NCBI GenBank assembly: GCA_964511325.1
Contig: CAZEET010000001.1
Coordinates: forward strand, 1 to 29,195
DNA: 29,195 nt
Source of the DNA: an uncultured Candidatus Bathyarchaeia archaeon
Lineage (GTDB): Archaea > Thermoproteota > Bathyarchaeia > TCS64 > B23
Direction: 5' to 3'
Below the pieces are notes generated by a model. That model saw nothing but the letters and a program-made list of their open reading frames with translations. It did not search any database and was not told the DNA's origin. This document shows, in pieces, positions 16,993-24,586 of this stretch. The position numbers and the translations under genes were made by a program. How positions within the stretch are numbered: position 1 is the stretch's first letter; every line of letters starts with the position of its first letter.

Positions 16993-17625
16993 TCACTTAA
17001 CCCTATGAGGAGGAGGATACTTTGGGTAGGCAACCCTACTCGGTTTTAGGCCCAGCTTAACGGCCAGCTCAGCCATCTTCAGTGAAGCCTCAGCCCCATC
17101 GACGACGGGAACGCCAAGCTCCTCACGCAAACGCCTACCCAACCCCCAGAGAGCCAGGCAGCCAAGATAGAAGGAATCACCCTCTCCCCGCTCAATCCGC
17201 TCTTGGATCATACGCTTCAAAACCTCCACCGTCCTCTCCAAATCTCTACGCATCTCCAATACAGGTATTTCCGGGACTATGCAGCAGGGCTTCTCACCAC
17301 ACATCGACGCCAGAAGTCTCATCGCCTCCCCGGGGCCTATAACAGGTATATCCACCAGCTCCCGGGCGGCCTCTAAAGCTGGATCACCGCCACACCAGAT
17401 GATGACCGCATCACATCCCTCCTCCTCAGCCTTCTTAACAAGCCTCAGAATCTGGGGGCCGACCTCCACCTCATCAACCCTAGACTCAATCGCCGGAGGC
17501 CCCTCACTAATCGAAACCATCTCCACTTCAGTCCCCGAATCAGCGATGCTCTTTAGATATCTCAACCGTTCCTCCATCGCCTCAGCTGTGAGACCGGTGA
17601 TGGGGACGACAACCCTGATCCGCAT
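16993..17625 (-). CDS. Asp/Glu/hydantoin racemase family protein
   Basis: GPPAIES, AVIIWCGGDP, ARELVDIPVIGPGEA, YLGC and GVPVVDG. Both presumed catalytic Cys residues are present. Confidence 0.8.
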   Translation of the reverse strand: MRIRVVVPITGLTAEAMEERLRYLKSIADSGTEVEMVSISEGPPAIESRVDEVEVGPQILRLVKKAEEEGCDAVIIWCGGDPALEAARELVDIPVIGPGEAMRLLASMCGEKPCCIVPEIPVLEMRRDLERTVEVLKRMIQERIERGEGDSFYLGCLALWGLGRRLREELGVPVVDGAEASLKMAELAVKLGLKPSRVAYPKYPPPHRVK

Positions 17626-17649
17626 ATTGATAGATGGTCTCCAAACCCC

Positions 17650-17657
17650 TTTTATAG
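17650..17657. promoter_or_regulatory. Shared TATA box TTTTATAG for divergent racemase and ubiX
   Basis: 24 nt from racemase ATG 17625 and 22 nt from ubiX ATG 17680. Confidence 0.6.
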
Positions 17658-17658
17658 C

Positions 17659-18231
17659 TTGACGATGCCCCTGAGAGCGATGAGGCTAATAATAGCTGTG
17701 ACGGGGGCGAGTGGAGTAATCTATGCTAAGAGGCTTCTCGAGGAGTTGAGGGCGAGGGATGTGGAGATACATCTAATAGTCAGCGAAGCGGGAAGAGTTG
17801 TGGTCGAGGAGGAGCTTGGAGGCGTCGAGGTTCTAAGGGAGCTCGCAGATAGGGTTTATGAACCCAATGATCTTAGGGCACCTCCCACCAGCGGTTCCTT
17901 CAAAGTCGATGGTATGGTCATCATCCCGGCGTCTATGAAAACCATTGCCGCCATCGCCGGGGGGTATGCTGACAGCCTCATAACAAGGGCTGCTGACGTC
18001 CAGATCAAGGAGGGGCGGAGACTTATCGTCGTCCCGAGGGAGACGCCTCTAAGTCCTATACACCTTAAGAATCTTCTTTGGCTAAGTCTCCTAGGCGTTA
18101 AGATCATCCCGGCCTCGCCAGCCTTCTATCATAAGCCCAACACCGTGATGGAACTGGTAGACTTCATAGTTGGGAAGATCCTAGAACAACTCGGCTTCAA
18201 ACATCAACTTTATCGACCCTGGAGCCCTTAG
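17659..18231 (+). CDS. ubiX: Flavin prenyltransferase UbiX
   Basis: AVTGASG, PPTSGS, SMKTIAAIA, RAADVQIKE.R.LIVVPRETP and PASPAFYHKP. True start is probably ATG 17680 (MRLIIAVTG). Confidence 0.95.
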   Translation: MTMPLRAMRLIIAVTGASGVIYAKRLLEELRARDVEIHLIVSEAGRVVVEEELGGVEVLRELADRVYEPNDLRAPPTSGSFKVDGMVIIPASMKTIAAIAGGYADSLITRAADVQIKEGRRLIVVPRETPLSPIHLKNLLWLSLLGVKIIPASPAFYHKPNTVMELVDFIVGKILEQLGFKHQLYRPWSP

Positions 18232-18803
18232 GCCTCGAGATTCAGCTCCCTTCTAAGCTGCTCCATGTATTCAACCATGAATCTATGCCTCCCCTCAGCC
18301 AGCCTCCTCCCCTCATCGGTGTACATCAACTCCCTCAGTCTCAGCAGCTTCTCATGGAAATGATCTATAAAACCCTCCAAGGGTCTCCGATGTTCACCGC
18401 CGTAAGTTGCGGCTCTATAGATGCCTATAGCTCCCATCGCATCCAGCTTATCGGCGTCGGATAGAACCTTAGCCTCTAGGGTTCTGGGTTCTCTACCCCC
18501 GCTGAAGCTATGTGTAGCGATGGCTTCAACTATAGCATCGATCCTCTCCCGCTCTACTCCCCATTTTCCAAGTATCTCCCTAGCTCTCCTAGCTCCAGCC
18601 TCGGCGTGGTTCGCCTCACCTCGGCCTATGTCATGTAAGAGGGCTGCTGGGAGCAGTATCCCCAGGTCTGCGCCTACCTTTTGACCTATATGGAGGGCTA
18701 GCCTATAGACCCGTTCAGTATGCTCAAAGCCGTGGGTTCCACCTCTCGGCAGCATGCTCCTTACCTCCTCCCTAATACGCTCTATTAGCTCCTTCAGGTT
18801 CAT
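18228..18803 (-). CDS. HD-domain phosphohydrolase
   Basis: HGFEHTERV, LLHDIGR, AIATHSF and SDADKLDAMGAIG. Confidence 0.9.
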   Translation of the reverse strand: MNLKELIERIREEVRSMLPRGGTHGFEHTERVYRLALHIGQKVGADLGILLPAALLHDIGRGEANHAEAGARRAREILGKWGVERERIDAIVEAIATHSFSGGREPRTLEAKVLSDADKLDAMGAIGIYRAATYGGEHRRPLEGFIDHFHEKLLRLRELMYTDEGRRLAEGRHRFMVEYMEQLRRELNLEA

Positions 18804-19102
18804 CGCCGCACCACCTTGATCTCGGATTCCCGCCCCACGTTGATGTGGATGACTCCCTGGAACGATGTGATGAAACAGTTTCTCAACTCCACTAGGGAAC
18901 CCTCCCTAACGCCCTCAAGTTGCCCTATGGATTCATTCCAGACGTTTAGGAGGGCCCTGCCAGTCTCATCTTCGACCTCTCCCTCAACGAGGAGATGCTC
19001 CAAACCCCTGCTCGTCCTCACCTTCCTAGGGCTCTTAAGGCTGACTATCTGGACTATCAGGCTCACACTCTCCATCCCAGGTCTCAGCTCCTTGATCCTC
19101 AA
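18800..19102 (-). CDS. Single OB-fold ssDNA-binding protein (crenarchaeal SSB/RPA-like)
   Basis: IKELRPG.., V.DETG...L.VW, G..V...N..ITSFQG...INVGR. ATGA overlap with the HD gene. Confidence 0.8.
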   Translation of the reverse strand: MRIKELRPGMESVSLIVQIVSLKSPRKVRTSRGLEHLLVEGEVEDETGRALLNVWNESIGQLEGVREGSLVELRNCFITSFQGVIHINVGRESEIKVVRR

Positions 19103-19187
19103 GCTTTCAAACCACCATTGGGAGAGGGGGTAAAAAGGGTGTCGACTCCCAACACTTAAACCCTACTGGCAGTTATCTCATACGTCG

Positions 19188-20600
19188 ATGGAGACCTCTT
19201 ACCGGTTGAGGTGCTCCAGATGCGGAGCTGAGGCTGAGCTCACACCTTGGAATAGATGTCTGCGATGTGGAGGCCTACTGGAATACGCCTTCGATCCCGA
19301 CTATCTTAAAGAGGTGAAACTTAAGGGGCCTATCACCTTCTGGAGGTATAGACCCTTACTCCCGAGGGTTGATAGGGCCATAAGCCTCGGTGAGGGTGGG
19401 ACGCCGCTCCATAGGGCTGAGAGACTCGGTGAGGCCCTGGGGCTGAAGAATCTAATGCTTAAGGATGAGACTCGAAACCCGACAAATTCCTTTAAGGATA
19501 GGCCTGGAGCCCTCCTCGTCTCCGACGCCTATAGCAGGGGCTTCGACGCCATCATATGTGCAACAAATGGAAACCAGGGGGCCTCATTGGCCGCCTACTC
19601 AGCTAAGGTAGACATCGAATGTCATCTCCTCATCCCCAGAGATGTGGATATGGGTAAGCTGGCGCAGATGATCGCCTATGACGCCTACATAGAGGAACAG
19701 TGCAGTAGCATTGAGGAGGCGATTAGGCTGTCGGTGGAGATAGTGGAGAGACATGGATGGTACCAGGCGACCGCCGAGCTGAATCCCCTGACAATAGAGG
19801 CGCTGAAGACCATCTCCTATGAGCTTCAGGAGCAGGAAGCCGAGGCCGATGTGGTTGTAGCTGCGATGGGAAGCGGTGCCACCATCCATTCCCTCTGGAA
19901 GGGCTATGGAGAGATGAGGGCGATGGATTGGGTGGAGGATCCCCCTAGGTTAATCGGGGTTCAAGCTGAGGGCTGTCCACCCATCGCTAAAGCCTTCAGG
20001 CTAGGCCTTGAGAAGCCGATGGAGTTGGAGGAGGCTTTCACGGGCGCCACACCCATAAGGGTTGCCTCGCCAATCTATGGTGAACTCGCCCTCAAGGCGA
20101 TCAGAGAGTCAGGTGGCCTAGCCGTCTCCATCAGTGATGAGGAGATGCTTGAGATGGAGAAGACCATCGCCCGCTTGGAGGGCGTCTTCGCGGAGCCAGC
20201 GAGCGCAGCCACCGTGGCCAGCCTAAAGATCCTCCTCGACTCGGGGGATATCGACGGCAATGACAGGGTTGTCTGCCTCATTGCTAGCAGCGGCCTGAAG
20301 ACCGATGACATACTTAGGGGTCTGAGGATGAGGCGTCGACATCCCGGACTCACATCAAGGCTCACAACGAAGGAGAGAATACTGAGACTGATGGAGGAGG
20401 GGGAGACCTATGGATATGAGCTCTGGAAGAAGCTTGGCAGAGGTATGACCCTTGGGGCAGTCTATCAACACATCTCATATCTCGAGGAGAGGGGCCTCAT
20501 CGCCTCGAGGCTTAAGGGTAAGAGGCGGTATCTCAGGTTGACGGAGAAGGGGCGTAAAGTTCTCAGGGCTCTAGAGGAGCTCCGAGATCTCCTCAGCTGA
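19188..20600 (+). CDS. thrC: Threonine synthase-like PLP enzyme fused to C-terminal winged-helix (PadR/ArsR-like) domain
   Basis: N-terminal Zn ribbon, LGEGGTPL, NPTNSFKDR (PLP Lys) and EPASAA. C-terminal ~75 aa ERILRLM..GETYGYELWKKL...LGAVYQHISYLEERGLI...RRYLRLTEKG. Confidence 0.87.
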   Translation: METSYRLRCSRCGAEAELTPWNRCLRCGGLLEYAFDPDYLKEVKLKGPITFWRYRPLLPRVDRAISLGEGGTPLHRAERLGEALGLKNLMLKDETRNPTNSFKDRPGALLVSDAYSRGFDAIICATNGNQGASLAAYSAKVDIECHLLIPRDVDMGKLAQMIAYDAYIEEQCSSIEEAIRLSVEIVERHGWYQATAELNPLTIEALKTISYELQEQEAEADVVVAAMGSGATIHSLWKGYGEMRAMDWVEDPPRLIGVQAEGCPPIAKAFRLGLEKPMELEEAFTGATPIRVASPIYGELALKAIRESGGLAVSISDEEMLEMEKTIARLEGVFAEPASAATVASLKILLDSGDIDGNDRVVCLIASSGLKTDDILRGLRMRRRHPGLTSRLTTKERILRLMEEGETYGYELWKKLGRGMTLGAVYQHISYLEERGLIASRLKGKRRYLRLTEKGRKVLRALEELRDLLS

Positions 20601-20636
20601 GAGCAGTAATATATGAGACAACCCTAGACCTCATGG

Positions 20637-21518
20637 ATGGCATCGGCTGAAAGGGCTGCAACACTATTAACGCAGCTTGAACCCGAGGACCTCAGGGTTC
20701 TCACGGCGATAGAGCTGGGAATGTCCAGCCATCGATACGTCCCAGTGGAGGAGATCGAGAGGGTTTCAGGTCTGAATCCAAGGGAGCTGGAGTATAGGAT
20801 TAGGAGACTCAATAACATGGGGCTCATATATGGGAGACAACAGCCGTACATCGGCTACATACTCAACTATGCAGGCTACGACGCCCTAGCCCTAAATGCC
20901 TTGGTGAGGGCCGATATACTCGAGGCCTTGGGAAAGCCTCTCGGCGTAGGTAAGGAGTCTGATGTCTATGAGGCTCTCACATCCAAGGGGGAGAGGGTGG
21001 CCGTCAAGTTCCATAGGCTAGGTCGAGTTAGCTTCAGAGACACCAGGCGGAAACGGGGGTACATCGGAGGCCGACGACATATCTCATGGCTCTACGAGTC
21101 AAGGCTCGCGGCGAAGAGGGAGTTCGAGGCCCTGGGCATAGTTTACGAGGTCGGCGTCTCAGTCCCCAGACCTATTCATAGGAATCGCCATGTCGTCGTC
21201 ATGGGCTATATCGAGGGATTTCCCCTCGTCGACGTCGTCAGCCTCGATGACCCCGGGGGGCTTCTTGATGATATATTAAAGAATATTAAGCTGACCCTAT
21301 CGGCGGGCATCATACACAATGACTTAAGTGAGTTTAATATCATCGTAAAACCTGATGGAGAGGTTCTCATCATCGATTGGCCCCAATACGTCACTATGGA
21401 TCACCCAAATGCCGAGTTGCTCATCAGGAGAGATGTGGAGAACGTCCTAAAATACTTCAGGCGTAAGTGGAGAGTTCATAGGGATTTAGATGAGACTTTG
21501 AGGTGGCTTTTAGCTTAG
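20637..21518 (+). CDS. rio2: RIO2 serine/threonine kinase (N-terminal wHTH)
   Basis: LNYAGYD.LAL, GVGKESDVY, AVKFHR.GR.SF, HNDLSEFN and IDWPQ. Confidence 0.95.
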   Translation: MASAERAATLLTQLEPEDLRVLTAIELGMSSHRYVPVEEIERVSGLNPRELEYRIRRLNNMGLIYGRQQPYIGYILNYAGYDALALNALVRADILEALGKPLGVGKESDVYEALTSKGERVAVKFHRLGRVSFRDTRRKRGYIGGRRHISWLYESRLAAKREFEALGIVYEVGVSVPRPIHRNRHVVVMGYIEGFPLVDVVSLDDPGGLLDDILKNIKLTLSAGIIHNDLSEFNIIVKPDGEVLIIDWPQYVTMDHPNAELLIRRDVENVLKYFRRKWRVHRDLDETLRWLLA

Positions 21519-22453
21519 GGTCTCCAACCCTCTAGGAGTAGAATATAGATCGAAGAGGCTGTGAGATCGGCCGTCGTCCCAGGGTTTAGGGTTCCCCCAC
21601 CGCCCCTCAGCTTTAAATCCATCTCCTCCAGTAGGCGTCGCCCCTCCCTAGTTCTCACGCCCCCGGCTTCCAGAACTCCTTGAGCCATCTCACTCACCTC
21701 CATAGCCTTCTCCACTCCACATTTACGCCTGATGAGGCTGTCAGGCCTTTGAACCAAAAGGGTAAGATAGGTCTCGACTATGGCGTCATTCACGTTCAAC
21801 TCCTCCAGGCTTCTCCTCAGCGTTGGATAGCCGACCTCGAAGGTGAGCTGGAAGCAGGTCACCCACTCATAGCAGATGGAGTCATACTCGGAGCAGAGCT
21901 TGAAGATGTCGAGGAGGCTCCAACCCTCCTCCAGGATTCTACATTTAGACTCCTCGTCGAGAACGCTCAGCTCCTCGGCTTCCCCAAGGGTTTCAGGCCC
22001 CATAGCCATCCCTATGGCTTCATAGACCGCCACCGCATCCTGAGGGGTCGTCCCACCTAGCACATCCCTTAAGGCTGATCTAAGTCTTTCAGCCTCCGCT
22101 TTACCCTCCTTTAGAACAGATCCCGCCGCCGCTGCGATGGGGGTGAAGAGGAGCAGGATGCCCAGGTTCACGTTTCCACCCCTCTGCCACTTCAAACTCT
22201 CCTCTACTGCCCCCCTGATAAGCCATCCCATCTCCAACTCGCCCCAGCCTCTCAGCCCCCTGGAGACCTCAAATCCACGCCTCGCCGCCTCCCTGAGATA
22301 GGGCTCCATGGCGACTCCGCCAGCGAGGAAATGCTCATATCGGGTTTCAGGCATGTCGTAGAGCCTATGGACATTTCCAGGCTTCGGATAAGCCGAGACC
22401 TCTAGAAGAGAGGCGAGAACTCCACATCTTGATATAAGGCTCCCTCCCTCCAA
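21515..22453 (-). CDS. citG: CitG/MdcB family triphosphoribosyl-dephospho-CoA synthase, archaeal type
   Basis: LLEVSAYPKPGNVHR, NVNLG.LLL..P, PDSLI.RK.G and LNPGTTADL match the CitG-family PKPG...N...G...PG..ADL pattern. Confidence 0.87.
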   Translation of the reverse strand: MEGGSLISRCGVLASLLEVSAYPKPGNVHRLYDMPETRYEHFLAGGVAMEPYLREAARRGFEVSRGLRGWGELEMGWLIRGAVEESLKWQRGGNVNLGILLLFTPIAAAAGSVLKEGKAEAERLRSALRDVLGGTTPQDAVAVYEAIGMAMGPETLGEAEELSVLDEESKCRILEEGWSLLDIFKLCSEYDSICYEWVTCFQLTFEVGYPTLRRSLEELNVNDAIVETYLTLLVQRPDSLIRRKCGVEKAMEVSEMAQGVLEAGGVRTREGRRLLEEMDLKLRGGGGTLNPGTTADLTASSIYILLLEGWRP

Positions 22454-22477
22454 CTCTGCTGGAATATGTCAACCACC

Positions 22478-22485
22478 TTTTATAA
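22478..22485. promoter_or_regulatory. Bidirectional TATA box TTTTATAA centred between citG and the nucleotidyltransferase
   Basis: Exactly 24 nt to TTG 22453 on the minus strand and 24 nt to TTG 22510 on the plus strand. Confidence 0.65.
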
Positions 22486-22509
22486 CACTCCTCCCATAGG
22501 CTTAGAGGC

Positions 22510-23496
22510 TTGAAACCGATCGAGGGCTATTATCTCGAAACCCATGAGGGATTGCTCTTCGCAGTTAAGGGCCTTCACCATCCGAGGGACGGCGTCATCG
22601 CCTATCTACGCTACATACCTGATGACCATGGAGATCGAATCCGCGGGGGTAAACGGTATAGACGAGTCTACGACCTCGATGAGACCACCGAATATCTGGA
22701 GGAGCATCATCCCCAATACCTTAGGTGGATGAAGGAGAAGGGAATTAGAGTTCAATTCGTCCCTCACAGTCAAATAAGGCGAATCTACGATCCGAGGGAG
22801 AGGCTTAGAGAAGTCGTGAAGCATCCGGAGGAGAGAATTGAGAGCCTCGTTAAGCAATTCGCTGAAGCCCTTAGGGATGAGGGAATTCCGCTGAGAGACA
22901 TTGGGCTGACCGGCTCCCTCCTCATAGGGCTGAGGATAGCTGAATCTGACATCGACCTTGTCATCTACGGGAGGCAGAGCGGCCTCAAAGCCTATGGAGC
23001 CCTCAGGCGGCTTAGGGAGAGAGGCCTTCTCTCGGAGCTTCCACCAGATGAGGCCTTGAAGGTTGCCGAGATGCGATGGGGTGGAACCGGCTTAGACCTC
23101 CATCGATTGGCCGAGTTAGAGAGGGCTAAGCTCCTACACGGACTGATTGGAGGCGTCCCTTATTACGTCAGACTCGTCCCAAACCCCCATGAGTTTGAGG
23201 CTCCTGATCCATCGAGGCCGATAGGTGAGGCGACTATTAGAGGCGTCGTAGTTGATGATGCCCTGAGCATCTACACTCCATGCCGCTATGGTGTTAAGGC
23301 TGAGGTTGAGGGGGAGAGGGTGGAGGAGCTGGTGAGTTATAGGGGTAGGTTCACGGAGCAGGTTTGGAGAGGTGAGCAATTCGAGGCTAGGGGCATCCTG
23401 GAGGAGGTTCACTCATTGAAGGGTGTCTACCATAGGTTGATGATGGGGCGTAGAGGAGACTACTTGATTCCTCTCAGGATTCTGGAGGCCACTTAG
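22510..23496 (+). CDS. Predicted nucleotidyltransferase (COG1665-like; Pol-beta NTase fold plus C-terminal OB-like domain)
   Basis: IGLTGSLLIGLRIAESDIDLVIYG (GS-x10-DxD). N-terminal F.VKG..HP...IAYLRY. C-terminal beta-rich IRGVV...TPCRY...VSYRGRF.EQ...GE..EARG.LE. Confidence 0.83.
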   Translation: MKPIEGYYLETHEGLLFAVKGLHHPRDGVIAYLRYIPDDHGDRIRGGKRYRRVYDLDETTEYLEEHHPQYLRWMKEKGIRVQFVPHSQIRRIYDPRERLREVVKHPEERIESLVKQFAEALRDEGIPLRDIGLTGSLLIGLRIAESDIDLVIYGRQSGLKAYGALRRLRERGLLSELPPDEALKVAEMRWGGTGLDLHRLAELERAKLLHGLIGGVPYYVRLVPNPHEFEAPDPSRPIGEATIRGVVVDDALSIYTPCRYGVKAEVEGERVEELVSYRGRFTEQVWRGEQFEARGILEEVHSLKGVYHRLMMGRRGDYLIPLRILEAT

Positions 23497-24586
23497 CCCG
23501 CCTCTTCCAATCGGCGTAGCCCTCTAGGATGCTTCTCCAGTCGACGTATTCGTCGATCATCTCATGAATTAGCTGTATTTTCCTCTTCGACGTGGGTGAA
23601 GGTGTGATCCTGCCATCGAGATGTTCAAGCTTCATAACCGTCGTGTAAGTGTCGTAGGGAACCAAGAGTATGGGTATGCCCTTTTCCTCAGCCGCCGTCA
23701 GGACGGTGACGGATGGGTAGATATTTCCGGTGAGGATAATGACGCTGGGCATAGTCTCTAGAGCTGTGAGGATGAGGTCCGTTCGGTCGCCGCCGGTGAT
23801 GAAGGCGCAGCCCACGCTCCGCCTCAGCCAGGTCAATGCCGACTCGGGTGTCATGGCTCCTACGAGGTAGCCATCCACCAATCTATCCATCCGATCCTTA
23901 CCGGCTAGAACTTCCGCCTCTAGGATGTCCCTCAGTTCCTCAACGGTGTTCATCGTCAGCTCCCTCTTATCGGGGACAACACCCAAAACCTCTACGCCGC
24001 ATCGCCTCAATATCGGCGAGACGATGCCTCGCATCCTCTCCAGCTGCTGTAGTGGAACGAAGTTGAGAATAGCTCCTAGGAGCTCCACACCTCGGAACTG
24101 GAAGAATTCCTTGTAGAGGATGATCCTCTCCGCCACCTCGTCCTCGACGCCTCTGACGGCGAAGATGATCTTAGCCTTAAACTTCTCAGCAAGACTCGGG
24201 ACATCGAGGCCGCAGCAGATGAGGAGCTCTGGATCAGGAGGAGACTCGATGAGAAGGATGTCCTTATCGTCGCTGATCTCCTCATAAGCCCTTGATATAC
24301 GCTGTCTCAGCTCCTCACAGCTATCCATCTCGTTTAGATATCTCCTGCCAAGGGTGACGGGTGTTATAACCTCACGGGGCTCCCTCAGGCCGAGTATCTC
24401 CCTCATCAGGTGGACATCCGGGTCTATAGGCTCCCCTTCAACCTCCTTTAGGCCGATGCCTATGGGCTTGAAATATCCAACCCTAAAACCCAGCTCGCTG
24501 AACTTCTGCATCAATCCCAGGCAGAGGGCTGTCTTACCGCTGAACCTCGTCCCGGTGATATAGATCGAGTAAATCAATCTAATCAA
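23474..24586 (-). CDS. Phosphotransacetylase N-terminal-like protein (BioD/AAA_26 plus DRTGG domains, no PTA catalytic domain)
   Basis: GTRFSGKT P-loop-like motif, GYFKPIG, VGAMTPE, ITGGDRTDL and ILTGN. Likely start is TTG 24577, 9 nt after GGGAG and directly after the acd stop. Confidence 0.87.
   Translation of the reverse strand: MIRLIYSIYITGTRFSGKTALCLGLMQKFSELGFRVGYFKPIGIGLKEVEGEPIDPDVHLMREILGLREPREVITPVTLGRRYLNEMDSCEELRQRISRAYEEISDDKDILLIESPPDPELLICCGLDVPSLAEKFKAKIIFAVRGVEDEVAERIILYKEFFQFRGVELLGAILNFVPLQQLERMRGIVSPILRRCGVEVLGVVPDKRELTMNTVEELRDILEAEVLAGKDRMDRLVDGYLVGAMTPESALTWLRRSVGCAFITGGDRTDLILTALETMPSVIILTGNIYPSVTVLTAAEEKGIPILLVPYDTYTTVMKLEHLDGRITPSPTSKRKIQLIHEMIDEYVDWRSILEGYADWKRRAKWPPES

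Noticed and set aside
16986-16997. Perfect 12-bp palindrome AGTGACGTCACT spanning two convergent stop codons
   Set aside because: About 7 such palindromes are expected by chance in 29 kb (29195/4^6), and the two TGA stops supply half of the symmetry.
20614-20621. TGAGACAA half-site upstream of rio2
   Set aside because: The matching left arm is absent, and an 8-mer half-site is expected by chance.
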